In this document: piece by piece, positions 39,067 through 49,012 of the stretch | How the letters are laid out: each line of letters begins with the position of its first letter | Numbering within the stretch: position 1 is the stretch's first letter | Virus record (IMG/VR): IMGVR_UViG_3300046660_000716 | Span: 124,001-188,000 of that record | DNA length: 64,000 nucleotides | Direction: 5' to 3' (one strand) | The notes under the pieces: generated by a model | The model's input: only the letters and a program-made list of their open reading frames with translations | What the model was told of the DNA's origin: nothing | The model's database searches: none | Translations under genes and position numbers: made by a program

Positions 39067-39747
39067 ATGAATAACGCCAAGCTCATAGCAGTAGACACCG
39101 ACGACGTGTTGGTCCACATCACCACCCCGTGGATCCTGCGCGCCGCCGCGCATCCGGACCTCCGCCAGTTGCTGGAGGCCGTGATCGGCAAGCACTACCC
39201 GAACGACGGCGACCTGACGCGCGCCCTGCTGGCGCGCCCGCACCCCTACATCCAGGACTGGCTGACCGCGGCGCACGCGCTCTCGCCTAGCCTGTACCCG
39301 GCGCTGGACATGGTGTACCGCGGCGACCCCGCCTTCTACGACGACCTGCCGCCGACCCAGTACTGCCAGGCCATCCGGGCCGCGATGTCGATGCCGGGCC
39401 GCGTGGCCCACGTGCACGTCATCACGCACAACTTCGACAACGCCGACCCGTGCGCCGAGAGCAAGGAGCGCTGGCTGCGCAGGTGGCTGGGGGAGCGCGA
39501 CCGCGTGACCATCCACCACGTCCAGGCCGGCCAGAAGAAGTCCGACGTGATCGCCGAGCACTGCCCCGAGGCGGACTCGTTCGCGGACGACTCAATGAAG
39601 AACGTCGTCGACATCCTGCTGCACGACGGCTGCAAGCCCCGCGAGATCCTGATCCCGCGCATGGGACACAACGTCATGAGCGAGCAGATCGCGACCCTGG
39701 CGGTGCTGCGCAAGATCAGCATCGTCTACTACGAAAACGCACTCTAG
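39067..39747 (+). CDS. HAD-family 5'(3')-deoxyribonucleotidase-like protein
   Basis: IAVDTDDVL, FYDDLPP, K.RWL, KSDVI, FADDS. Confidence 0.75.
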   Translation: MNNAKLIAVDTDDVLVHITTPWILRAAAHPDLRQLLEAVIGKHYPNDGDLTRALLARPHPYIQDWLTAAHALSPSLYPALDMVYRGDPAFYDDLPPTQYCQAIRAAMSMPGRVAHVHVITHNFDNADPCAESKERWLRRWLGERDRVTIHHVQAGQKKSDVIAEHCPEADSFADDSMKNVVDILLHDGCKPREILIPRMGHNVMSEQIATLAVLRKISIVYYENAL

Positions 39748-39755
39748 GAGACGTC

Positions 39756-40118
39756 ATGAAGGCCACCGTCCACCTGGCGCCAGGAAGCGCCGACTACGTG
39801 CCGCTCTTCGACGGTGAAGAGCGGTCCCTGACCGAGCAGCAGCGCCGGGAGGCGATGTACCGCGAAGGCCAGTACATCGCGTGCAGGCCGATCGAGGTCG
39901 CAATCGGCACCACCCCGCACCATGCGGCGGAGGAAATGTTCGATCTCACCAATAATCCCGGCCGCCAGGAAGAGCGGGAGCGGATGTACGGCACCGGCCG
40001 CTCGGTCTCCACGGGTGACATCGTGGAGGTCGAGGAGGTGCTGACCGGCAGGACGCACTGGCTGTGCATGAGCATCGGCTGGAAGCAGATCAACCAAAGA
40101 GAAGGCCCGAAAACGTGA
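39756..40118 (+). CDS. YodL-like domain protein
   Basis: AEEMFDLTN...GRSVSTGDIVEV...CMSIGWK. Confidence 0.6.
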   Translation: MKATVHLAPGSADYVPLFDGEERSLTEQQRREAMYREGQYIACRPIEVAIGTTPHHAAEEMFDLTNNPGRQEERERMYGTGRSVSTGDIVEVEEVLTGRTHWLCMSIGWKQINQREGPKT

Positions 40119-40423
40119 GACACATCGAGCGCATAGCGCAGATCGAACGCCAGCTCGCCGGCGTCGACAAAATCATGAAGTGCGGCGACCTCATCGCGGC
40201 GGGCCTCTCGGTCTCGCTCACGATCGGTCCGACCGCCGAGGACCGCGCCCCGGACGTCGATCTCGAGATCACGACCGAGATGCTCCCCATCCTCGAGCTG
40301 ATGAAGAAGGCGCTCAACGAGTCCCGCCGCGTCACCGTGATGTTCGCGCGCGAGGACATGAAGAAGCTCCAGGAGTTCTTTGCACGCGAAGACGCTGCTG
40401 TAAAACCAAGGACCAAAGAATGA
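40115..40423 (+). CDS. Hypothetical protein
   Basis: GTGA overlap. Confidence 0.6.
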   Translation: MRHIERIAQIERQLAGVDKIMKCGDLIAAGLSVSLTIGPTAEDRAPDVDLEITTEMLPILELMKKALNESRRVTVMFAREDMKKLQEFFAREDAAVKPRTKE

Positions 40424-40451
40424 GCAAACTGAACCAAATGGAGATGTCCAA

Positions 40452-41267
40452 ATGAAGCAGCTGTACTGCATCTTCTCCACCAGCGGCCCCTGGAGCAGCG
40501 ACGAGCTGTGCTACGTCGGCACGCTGCGCTCCACGCCTGAGACGGTCGTCTCTGACCTCAGCATCACGTACGGCGCTGGCTTCGCAAGCGGTGTCGAAGT
40601 GGTCGGGTACGACGAGATCGCCAGGTACCTGGATGCACAGAACATCACCGCGAAGTACGAGGGCGCCGAGCTGGCGCTGATCGCCGGTCCGGTCAACGAC
40701 GAGCTGGTGGTCTACGTGGCCGTCGAGGCGCGCGGCGAGGGGCCTAGCGTTCCCGTGTTCCCGCTCCGCTTCACCGTCAGCGGCAGCGGCTCCCAGGACG
40801 GCATCTACGCCTTCCCGAGCGGCCTGGCCGAGCGCCCGTACATCAACAACGATTTCCTGGCCAGCAGCGTCGACATCGCAGAGCACCTGGACTTCTGGGC
40901 TCTGCAGCACGAGGGCGATGGCATCATCGCGTCCGACATCGACGTCCTCGACCTGGGCGGCATCGACGGCACCGGTCGCGCATTCGAGCCCGAGTGGGAC
41001 CACCGCCTGCACGCGCTGCTGTACCGCGCCGGCATCGCGGATCTGACGGTCGAGAACGACCAGGACCAGACCGTCGACCGCAGCAACGTAGTGGTCGTGC
41101 TCGTGTCCCGCGGTCTCGGACCGAGCCACAACGTGCTGATCGGCGGCCTGCCGGACCGCGCGCCGGTGTGCGTGGGTCGCTTCGTGCGCGCCGACCACGC
41201 GATGATGGTGGCCAACACCCTCGCAACCAAGATGGGCGCCGCCGGCGTCCGCCTCCAACAAGGATAA
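40452..41267 (+). CDS. Hypothetical protein
   Basis: 271 aa; C-terminal domain paralogous to the next gene. Confidence 0.7.
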   Translation: MKQLYCIFSTSGPWSSDELCYVGTLRSTPETVVSDLSITYGAGFASGVEVVGYDEIARYLDAQNITAKYEGAELALIAGPVNDELVVYVAVEARGEGPSVPVFPLRFTVSGSGSQDGIYAFPSGLAERPYINNDFLASSVDIAEHLDFWALQHEGDGIIASDIDVLDLGGIDGTGRAFEPEWDHRLHALLYRAGIADLTVENDQDQTVDRSNVVVVLVSRGLGPSHNVLIGGLPDRAPVCVGRFVRADHAMMVANTLATKMGAAGVRLQQG

Positions 41268-41271
41268 CCGC

Positions 41272-41832
41272 ATGAGCAAGCAACGCCAGGGGGTCTTCCC
41301 CGAAGTATTCACCGTCACCGGCGGCCTGGGCTCGTTCGACTACAAGATCGACGGCACCCCGGTCGGCAAGCCCTACAGCGACGGCGACTTCTGCGCGACG
41401 TCGATCGACATCGAGGAATACCTCGACTTCTGGATGCTGAACAGCCCGGGCGGCGTTCCGACCGAGGAGAACATCGTCGGCCTAGGGCACCACAACCCGG
41501 ACGGCACCTACGTGCCGGCCGAGGTCAGCTTCCGCGTCGCGGCGCTGCTCGACCGCGCCAGCGAGAGCTTCATGGAAGCGTGGGAGAAGAACCCCCACGC
41601 CCGCGACCTCGATCTGGTGCACGGCTTCGTGGACGGCTACACCGTCCGCCTCGTCGTCCTGCGCGGCACCAAGCTGGAACGGACGTTCGTCGTCGGCCGC
41701 TTCCACATCGACGGCCACGCCACCGATGTGACCGCCGAGATCATCGAGGCGATGCACCTCCCGGGTGCGCGCTTCCTGGTCGAGGCGCCGCAGGACCTGG
41801 ATCCAGCGCCGACGGGCGTCGCGGTCCACTAA
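41272..41832 (+). CDS. Hypothetical protein
   Basis: 186 aa, paralog of the upstream domain. Confidence 0.7.
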   Translation: MSKQRQGVFPEVFTVTGGLGSFDYKIDGTPVGKPYSDGDFCATSIDIEEYLDFWMLNSPGGVPTEENIVGLGHHNPDGTYVPAEVSFRVAALLDRASESFMEAWEKNPHARDLDLVHGFVDGYTVRLVVLRGTKLERTFVVGRFHIDGHATDVTAEIIEAMHLPGARFLVEAPQDLDPAPTGVAVH

Positions 41833-42060
41833 TTAGGGGCGACCGCCGCCGCTGCGGGCCACATCGTTGGCGGCGGTCTCCTCTATGTGCCCCCGCAAGG
41901 GCGCATCTCCTTCATCACAGCCGCACGACGGGACGGCAATGTGGCAAACCCGCGGGTGTTCTGACCTTTCTTTCGCCCGAGATGGCCGCCATGGATCGCA
42001 AGGTCCATGGCGGTCCCCTAACCGCAACATTTTTTTGATCAACATCTTGGGATTTTTACC

Positions 42061-43587
42061 ATGGAACTCTCCGCACTCAACGTCGACAAGTTCATCGAGG
42101 TGAACCAGCTGCAGCCCGTGACGGCCCTCACCTTCTTCGAGGCGACCGGCGCTCCCACGGAGGGCGGCCTGTTCTCCACGTCCATCTTCGGGCGGGCCGG
42201 GTCCGAGGACCGCCGCCGCCGCTGGGCCTATATCGACCTCAACGGTCGCTTTCTGCATCCGCTCGTCTATAAAACGATCACCCAGTTGAACCGTAAGTTC
42301 CCCGACATCGTGGCCGGCCTGCAGCGCGTGCGGCTCACCCGCTCCGGCGAGATGCAGAACGTCCCCGACGAGGAGAACGAGGGCTGGAGCGGCCTGGACG
42401 CGCTGTACGAGCACTGGACCGAGATCAACTGGGGTGTGGCCGAGCCGGGCTCCCAGCGCGCCGAGCGCGTGGGCATGCTCAACGCCCTGCGCAAGCACCG
42501 CGACATCGCGTTCGTAACGAGGTGGCACGTCATCCCTGCCATGTTCCGCGACGTGGACACCTCCTCGGGCGACCGCATCAAGGAGGTCCCGCCCATCAAC
42601 TCGCTGTACATCCAGATGATGACCAGCGCGCCAACCCGCGTGTCCGGCCTCACCTTCGTCGACGGGACCAGGAAGCGCCGGGCGCAGGAGACGCTGTACG
42701 AGCTGCACCGCTCCGCCCTGGACCTCATCAGCGGCAAGCACGGCCTGATCCAGGACCGCGTGCTCGGCAAGTACACCGACTGGGCAGTGCGCGGCGTGCT
42801 GTCCGGCCCGGCGCTGGCCAAGGCGGCCAAGCCCGGGGAGCAGGAGGTTCCGTTCGGCACCATCGGCATGCCGCTGTACCTGGTGATCAACGCCTTCCAG
42901 CCGTTCGTCATCAAGCGGCTGACCGAGATCTTCCGACTGTACGCCACCGGGCAGGAGCGCATCCTGGTGCGCACCGAGGAGGGCAAGGAGCCGGTGTACT
43001 TCGAGATCCCGGCCGAAGCGAAGGCCCAGCTGGAGCCGGAGCTGTACAAGAAGTGGATCTCCCGCTTCATGCGCAGCCAGGCCAACAGGCTGGACGTGGT
43101 GTCGCTGAAGACAGGCAAGGGCAAGACGATCGCCCTGCCGCTGTACGACGCGGTGCTGGGGCGCCCGACGACCCTGCTGGACCTCTTCTTCATTGTAGCG
43201 CAGGACGTGATCGCGGACAAGTACGTGATGTTCACGCGGTACCCCGTCGAGGACTTCCGGGCGTGCCACTTCGCCAAGCCCGTGGTGCTGACCACGGAGC
43301 GAACGGAGTTGGTCACGATCGGTGCTCACGAGTATAAGCGCTACCCGATCATCACAGGGCGGCCAAGGTGGATTGACAGCTTCCGGATCAACAACAGCTA
43401 CACGAAGGCGATGGGCGCCGACTACGACGGAGACACGCACCGGGTGGTCGGAATCTTCACGCAGGAGGCCAACGCCGAGGCGGAGCATCTCATCCAGCAG
43501 CCGACGAACTACTGCGACGGCCAGGGCAACGCCAGCCGCCCCGTGGCCAACGAGGCCATACTCACGCTGTACGCTCTGACCAAGTAG
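42061..43587 (+). CDS. RNA polymerase beta' N-terminal/catalytic subunit (probably virion RNAP)
   Basis: GGLFSTSIFG, AYIDL..FLHP, VIPAMFRD, GKHGLIQDRVLGK, TRYP and catalytic GADYDGD; late-type promoter. Confidence 0.9.
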   Translation: MELSALNVDKFIEVNQLQPVTALTFFEATGAPTEGGLFSTSIFGRAGSEDRRRRWAYIDLNGRFLHPLVYKTITQLNRKFPDIVAGLQRVRLTRSGEMQNVPDEENEGWSGLDALYEHWTEINWGVAEPGSQRAERVGMLNALRKHRDIAFVTRWHVIPAMFRDVDTSSGDRIKEVPPINSLYIQMMTSAPTRVSGLTFVDGTRKRRAQETLYELHRSALDLISGKHGLIQDRVLGKYTDWAVRGVLSGPALAKAAKPGEQEVPFGTIGMPLYLVINAFQPFVIKRLTEIFRLYATGQERILVRTEEGKEPVYFEIPAEAKAQLEPELYKKWISRFMRSQANRLDVVSLKTGKGKTIALPLYDAVLGRPTTLLDLFFIVAQDVIADKYVMFTRYPVEDFRACHFAKPVVLTTERTELVTIGAHEYKRYPIITGRPRWIDSFRINNSYTKAMGADYDGDTHRVVGIFTQEANAEAEHLIQQPTNYCDGQGNASRPVANEAILTLYALTK

Positions 43588-43716
43588 AGGGGCGCGGCTT
43601 TTTTTTGCCGGATTCCCGTCCCGCCGATGGCAAACGACAACCGTGCATCCACGCGATGCACGGTTTTCTATCTGCTCGAAGCTTGGAATAAAAAATATCC
43701 CTACTGAACTAGAAAC

Positions 43717-43983
43717 ATGACAAAAACGAAGCCAACGACGTTTGTGAACGACCTCGGACCCGTAACGTGTAGCTGCTGTACAGAGCCCCGGCCGAGGGCG
43801 AAAAGCATCAAGATCAACATCGACCGCCTGCACTACAAATGGCTGTGCTCGCGCTGCTTCGCAACACAACTAAGAACACAGAAGGAATCCAATGACGCAA
43901 CAAGAGACGCCACGCCGTCCGGGCCGTCGTCCGATCCTAACGCCCGAGATCGTCGAGTCGTGCAAGGCGCGGCTTGCCGCTGA
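43717..43983 (+). CDS. Small Zn-finger-like protein
   Basis: CSCC...WLCSRC; AT-richer codons; overlaps the next ORF. Confidence 0.4.
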   Translation: MTKTKPTTFVNDLGPVTCSCCTEPRPRAKSIKINIDRLHYKWLCSRCFATQLRTQKESNDATRDATPSGPSSDPNARDRRVVQGAACR

Positions 43984-44812
43984 GAGCGCGAACGACACGA
44001 TAGCCTCGCTGGCGCGGGAGTACAACGTTCACTCCACCACGATGCGCATGGCCGTGCGCGGGACAACGTGGGCCAACCGTGACCCCGCCTCCGTGCCCGA
44101 GCCCGAGGGCATGCGACGCATCCCTGGCTACTCTGCCTACTTCGCTGACCGGCGCGGCGACATCTACTCCGCCCGCCAGAGCGACTCGCTGAAGCCGCTG
44201 GCGTTCGGTGCCTCCGGCAAGGGTAGGAAGGTCTTCCTGATCGCGGACGGGGCCGAGAAGGGTCACACCGCGCAGGTCCACGATCTCATCTGCGCCGCGT
44301 GGCACGGCCCGCGTCCGACGGACCGCCACCGCGTCCGCCACATCGACGAGGACCGCACCCACAACTCGCCGGACAATCTGGCCTGGGGCGAGCCCGGCGA
44401 GGTTCCCCGCTCCGGCGGCGGGGCCACAGGGGAGGCGCACGGCCGCTCCAAGCTGACCGACGCTGACGTGCTGCAGGTGCTGGCCTACGCGGCGGCCGGC
44501 GAGCGCCCCGCCGACATCGCGCGGCACAAGCACGTCCACCCGACGACGATCTCGGGCATCGTGGCCCGCCGTCTATGGAGCCACGTCCAGATCCCGGACG
44601 GCGGCCTGCCGGCCGTCGCCCCGCTCCCGCACGCCGACCGGCGCGTGTCCTCCGGTCAGAACCACGGCCGCGCCAAGCTCAATGACGCCGCCGTCGGCCG
44701 TATCCGCCTCAGCCTGCCCCACAAGAGCAACGCGGAGCTCGCCAAGGAGGAGAAGGTCCACCCGACCACCATCGCAAGGATCCGCTCGGGCCGCGGCTGG
44801 AGGGCGCCGTGA
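43892..44812 (+). CDS. HNH homing endonuclease with HTH repeats
   Basis: IPGYSAY..DRRGDIYS, VHDLICAAWHGPRP, VRHIDEDRTHNSPDNLAW and repeated G..H.R.KL...V / VHPTTI..I HTH units. Confidence 0.8.
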   Translation: MTQQETPRRPGRRPILTPEIVESCKARLAAESANDTIASLAREYNVHSTTMRMAVRGTTWANRDPASVPEPEGMRRIPGYSAYFADRRGDIYSARQSDSLKPLAFGASGKGRKVFLIADGAEKGHTAQVHDLICAAWHGPRPTDRHRVRHIDEDRTHNSPDNLAWGEPGEVPRSGGGATGEAHGRSKLTDADVLQVLAYAAAGERPADIARHKHVHPTTISGIVARRLWSHVQIPDGGLPAVAPLPHADRRVSSGQNHGRAKLNDAAVGRIRLSLPHKSNAELAKEEKVHPTTIARIRSGRGWRAP

Positions 44813-46290
44813 GCGCCGTTGCGGCGGCGGACTTCGTCGGAACCGAGTTCGCCGGGGAGGTGGACGACAAGGGATATTTCCGGCGGGACTTCTCGCCCGA
44901 GCTGGAGGGTAGCCGGGAGCAGTGGACGGAGTACTGCGACGTGCAAGAAAGCTTCAGGACCCTGGGATACGAGCTCCGGGAACACTACTCAGAACACGAC
45001 TGCCTCACCGGCACCGTCGTCAAACTTAAGGCAGATATGACCATCGACCCATCCTCCATCAACCTGGAAGCCCTGCGCCAGGACGCTTGCAACTCGGCCC
45101 TGCGCAAGATCAACGCCAGCGAGACCCTGACCACCGCACTGATCGCCCGCGCCTGCTACGACGCGAACGGCGAGTACTGCAAGCTGGCCGGCGACGCCGA
45201 CCCGCTGCCGTGGGACCAGTGCTCCGCCTCGACCGAGGAGGGCGTGCTGTTCCGCATCAAGAATCCGGACGCTCCGAACAGCGCCCTGCACGAGAACTGG
45301 CTGAAGTCTAAGGCTGCGGACGGCTGGAAGTGGGGCGAGGTCAAGAACGTCGAGACCAAGGAGCACCCGGCGTTCCTGCCGTACGATAAGCTGCCCGAGA
45401 CCCAGCGCCTCAAGGACGAGCTGTTCACCCGCGTGGTGATGTTCCTGGTGCGCTATTTGGACCCGGCCCAGCTGGCCAACATCCGCTCGACTGGCACCGC
45501 GCCGGTCAGCGAGATCGCCTACGAGGGCGACGGCTTTGACGGGGACCCCGCCCTCGCTTTTAGCCAGGCCGACGCGATCGTAGCATCGGTCGTCGCCGGC
45601 CTGCCCAGCCACCGCGTGCTGACCGTCGGCGATCTCCCGAAGGCGTTCTACGATGCATGCAGCCTCTTCTACACCTCGCTGGGCGACACCGCGCAACTGG
45701 CCTACGTCGGCGGCGTGGTCGACAACTGCACCGCGCGCGTCATGTACGCGCTGGGCGGCGACTACGAGTCGGCCCAGGCCCAGCACGAGGACGTCGTCTC
45801 CATGATGCTGGAGGAGGGCTGGCGCTTCAGCACCGAGCGCGGCATCGACGCGGTCGCCATGGTCAGCCCGTACCTGTGCCCATGGGGCGACCTGCCGCTG
45901 CGCCGCAAGGTCGAGGAGACGATCCTGTTCGACGTCATCAAGGCCCTGAAGCCGGTGCTGGTGGGCCAGAAGGCGCCGGAGCCCGCCTCGATCGCGGGCC
46001 TGACCAACCTGTACAAGGGCGGGCAGGGCGACGCCCGCCAGTCGGACTCGCCCGTGCTCGATCCCGAGTGCAGCCTGTTCCGCAAGCGCTACCGCAAGCT
46101 GAGCGAGCCCGAGGTCGCGCTGCACGACGCGATCAAGGACAAGGCCGACGAGCTGTACCGCCTGTTCATGCAGGTCTCGCCGATCGACAAGGGCCAGGAC
46201 GCCAACCGCGAGCGCGGCGCCAACGTCCAGCTGGGCGTGCGCCACCTGGAGGACGCCGTGTACCGCGTGGTCAAGGGCCTGACGTCGTGA
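44809..46290 (+). CDS. RyR-domain protein fused to an Acb2-like C-terminal domain
   Basis: HENWLKSKAADGWKWGEVKNVETKEHPAFLPYDKLPETQRLKD (RyR), a second degenerate RyR repeat, and C-terminal YRKLSEPEVAL...LEDAVYRVVKGLT. Confidence 0.7.
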   Translation: MSAVAAADFVGTEFAGEVDDKGYFRRDFSPELEGSREQWTEYCDVQESFRTLGYELREHYSEHDCLTGTVVKLKADMTIDPSSINLEALRQDACNSALRKINASETLTTALIARACYDANGEYCKLAGDADPLPWDQCSASTEEGVLFRIKNPDAPNSALHENWLKSKAADGWKWGEVKNVETKEHPAFLPYDKLPETQRLKDELFTRVVMFLVRYLDPAQLANIRSTGTAPVSEIAYEGDGFDGDPALAFSQADAIVASVVAGLPSHRVLTVGDLPKAFYDACSLFYTSLGDTAQLAYVGGVVDNCTARVMYALGGDYESAQAQHEDVVSMMLEEGWRFSTERGIDAVAMVSPYLCPWGDLPLRRKVEETILFDVIKALKPVLVGQKAPEPASIAGLTNLYKGGQGDARQSDSPVLDPECSLFRKRYRKLSEPEVALHDAIKDKADELYRLFMQVSPIDKGQDANRERGANVQLGVRHLEDAVYRVVKGLTS

Positions 46291-46529
46291 TCTCCGACTA
46301 CGTCCAGGCGCAGGCGCTGCTCTACCTCCAGTGGCTGGTCGAGCAGGCGAAGTACGACTGGGGCGTCCTGTCCCAGCCGTGGCTGTGGTACTGGGCGCTG
46401 GTTCCGGCCTTCTTCTACGCCGTCTTCGCCGTGTGCAAGTGGGTGATCATGCTGCTGCCAGTGTGGTTGCCCCTGCGGTTTGCACTGATGGCCGTCGCCG
46501 TCCTCATCCGCGCCTTCCGGGGCCGGTGA
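46287..46529 (+). CDS. Small membrane protein
   Basis: GTGA overlap; highly hydrophobic and Trp-rich. Confidence 0.6.
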   Translation: MISDYVQAQALLYLQWLVEQAKYDWGVLSQPWLWYWALVPAFFYAVFAVCKWVIMLLPVWLPLRFALMAVAVLIRAFRGR

Positions 46530-46644
46530 TCCGTTCGGAAAATGCCCGACTGCCCACCGGCAGTCGGGACCCCTCCGTCAACAGAACTTTGGTGCTTTCG
46601 CTGATGCGCGAACTCACCAATGAACCCTTTAGATTGGAGATGCC

Positions 46645-47883
46645 ATGGGCCAGGTAGTTTCTAGCGCCGAGATGAGGCGCGTCGTCGATGCGAACCTGCA
46701 CAGCTACATCGAGCAGGCGACGCAGACGTACTCCCGCCTCTTCGGCAAGACCCCGACTTTCGTGACGTACTACTCCCAGGACACGTCGCAGAGCTACGCG
46801 GACGTCAACCTGGGGGGCGCCATCCAGCTGGTCGGGCAGGAGAGCCCGCTCCGCTTCCAGAAGATCAACGACTTCCCCCTGTACGGGATGAGCGACGCGG
46901 ACGTCAGCTCCTCCTACGACGAGCTGCAGGGCATCGTCAGCGCCGGCGTCCACGGCGAGACCTACGCGCTCCCCGGCACGATCGAGCCGATGGAGAACGA
47001 CCGCTTCGTCATCGACTACCTCGAGACCAAACTGGTCTTCCGCGCGATCAGCTGCAACCCCGATCGCCTCGAGGGCAAGTCCTACTTCAAGATCGAGTGG
47101 GCGTTGGACCCGGTCGAGATCGGCACCATCGAGCGGCAGGTCGTCGAGTCCTTCGACTTCGAGCTGTCCACCATCGGCACGGGCGACAACCCGCTGATCG
47201 AGTCCGACCTGGCGATCCTGCTGCGCGAGATGGAGGTGCTGGTGGAGTTCCACCGCGCCTCCTACTGGAAGGCGTTCTACGACCGCAGCTCCGGCGCCCT
47301 GCTGTGCCGGACCGGCTTCGACAGACCGCTGCACGATCGCGGCGTGGACCTCATCGTGGCCAACAAGTCCCTGCTGGGGTCCAACGGCTACATGAAGGGC
47401 CGCACGGTCGTCCCTGTGGACTACTCCGACCGCGGCTCCTACGACGACATGGTGTACCCGCTGACCCTCTACTGGCAGGCCGAGCGCGGCAAGTGGGACC
47501 CGGCGGTGCAGACCCTGAACAGCGTCATGCTGGCGCCTTCCTCGCCGATCCGCCAGTCCAACCCGTTCTTCGCCGAGTTCGCGGTGGACGGCTACATCGA
47601 GGCCCTCACGGCCCCGAGCGCATCCTACCAGATCGGCGGTCCGGACTTCGTCGCCAAGACGACGGCGAAGGACTACGCCGATGATGTACCAATTCGTGCC
47701 CTGGCACGTCGATGCCTGCAGGAAGATGGAATGGGCACCGACACCCGCGTTGCATTGCGCGCGTTCAACCTAGCGCTGAACGATTCTTCCCTGGTCCTCA
47801 ACCGAGCAGACCAGTACTGGCTCATGCCGATCGTGCTGATGCGTGCAAAACGCTTCCGCGATCAGGCACGGGCGAACAACTGA
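46645..47883 (+). CDS. Putative virion structural protein (neck/tail)
   Basis: TPTFVTYY, SPLRFQKINDFPLYG, LPGTIEPMENDRF; GGAG RBS; AACA-N6-TG promoter. Confidence 0.65.
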   Translation: MGQVVSSAEMRRVVDANLHSYIEQATQTYSRLFGKTPTFVTYYSQDTSQSYADVNLGGAIQLVGQESPLRFQKINDFPLYGMSDADVSSSYDELQGIVSAGVHGETYALPGTIEPMENDRFVIDYLETKLVFRAISCNPDRLEGKSYFKIEWALDPVEIGTIERQVVESFDFELSTIGTGDNPLIESDLAILLREMEVLVEFHRASYWKAFYDRSSGALLCRTGFDRPLHDRGVDLIVANKSLLGSNGYMKGRTVVPVDYSDRGSYDDMVYPLTLYWQAERGKWDPAVQTLNSVMLAPSSPIRQSNPFFAEFAVDGYIEALTAPSASYQIGGPDFVAKTTAKDYADDVPIRALARRCLQEDGMGTDTRVALRAFNLALNDSSLVLNRADQYWLMPIVLMRAKRFRDQARANN

Positions 47884-47951
47884 TTGACGCGCTGCGCCCC
47901 TGGGCATCCAGGGCGCACACCCACCCATCACACAACTTAGGAGATCACGCC

Positions 47952-48374
47952 ATGAGCGATACCTTCGCTGGGCTGAGCCGCCGCCTGAACGACCACATCC
48001 ACGACCGAGACACGGCCGAGGAGCTGTCCCACATCGTCGAAGAGACCGCAGAGCCTGGTCTGGACGGCGCCGACGCAATCATCGAGCTGGCGCTGGACGT
48101 CGGCTACGACCCGGACTCGTTCGACGCGGGCGACGCCGAGGACTCCGAGCTGGACGTCGTCATGAACATCGAAGAGGATGGCGACGACGCTCAGCTGGAA
48201 GTCGACGAGGACGGCAATCCGATCGATCCGAACGTCGACGACATGGAAGAGGGCGACATCGACGGCGCCCTGGACCTGCTGGCCGGCGAAATCGAATCCG
48301 AGGACGCGGAAGACGCGTCCCTGGGCCTGGGCGAGGCTGCAAAGCTGCGCACCGGCGAACTCCTGATCCTGTAA
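47952..48374 (+). CDS. Highly acidic protein (late)
   Basis: AGGAG RBS; D/E very abundant. Confidence 0.65.
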   Translation: MSDTFAGLSRRLNDHIHDRDTAEELSHIVEETAEPGLDGADAIIELALDVGYDPDSFDAGDAEDSELDVVMNIEEDGDDAQLEVDEDGNPIDPNVDDMEEGDIDGALDLLAGEIESEDAEDASLGLGEAAKLRTGELLIL

Positions 48375-48383
48375 GGAGCCGCC

Positions 48384-48965
48384 ATGACACTCAGCCTCGT
48401 GACCATCAGTCACCCAACCGACCACTACAAGGAAGTGCCGTTCCTGAACGCGCCCGGTCCTTTCAAGAAGCTGGCCATCGAAACCTGGCGCGCCAACTCC
48501 ATCCGCTCCCAGGGCTTTGACGTGGAAGTCCACGAAGAGCCCTATGATCCGGTGGCGGCGCGCAACGCGGCAGCTGCGGACCTGGCCTCGCGCCTGTCCG
48601 CCGCGCCCGTGAACGTCCCCTCCGCGCCGGCTGTGCAGACAGCTCCGGCGGCACCGGAACCCGCTCCGACCCCCGCGGTCGCCCCTCCCGCACCGGCGGC
48701 GCCGGCTCCCGCACCGGAGCCTGGCCCTGCTGATGCCCCTCCAGCGGAAGGCGCCGGTGGCGCCGAGCTGGGCGAGGGCGGCGAGGACGAGCCGGCCGCG
48801 ATGACCGCCGAAGAGCTGGCAGCACTGCGCGCCCGCGTGGAGGACCTCAAGTCCGTGGTCGAAGCAACCGCCCTGGCGGCCGAGTTCGGCATCGAAGTTC
48901 CGGCCGACAAGACCAAGCTGAAGGACATCAAAGCCTTCATCATCGGTCTGATCGACGGCGAGTAA
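48384..48965 (+). CDS. Protein with a Pro/Ala linker and a C-terminal HeH/LEM-like domain
   Basis: AAGGAG RBS; ALAAEFGIEVPADKTK..IKAFI. Confidence 0.6.
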   Translation: MTLSLVTISHPTDHYKEVPFLNAPGPFKKLAIETWRANSIRSQGFDVEVHEEPYDPVAARNAAAADLASRLSAAPVNVPSAPAVQTAPAAPEPAPTPAVAPPAPAAPAPAPEPGPADAPPAEGAGGAELGEGGEDEPAAMTAEELAALRARVEDLKSVVEATALAAEFGIEVPADKTKLKDIKAFIIGLIDGE

Positions 48966-49007
48966 AAAAAAAAAGGAAGAGCCCCTACCCCTCGACGGGG
49001 TAGGGGC
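48964..49007. terminator. Terminator between convergent genes
   Basis: A tract plus gcccctacccc/ggggtaggggc. Confidence 0.75.
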
Positions 49008-49012
49008 GTCCT

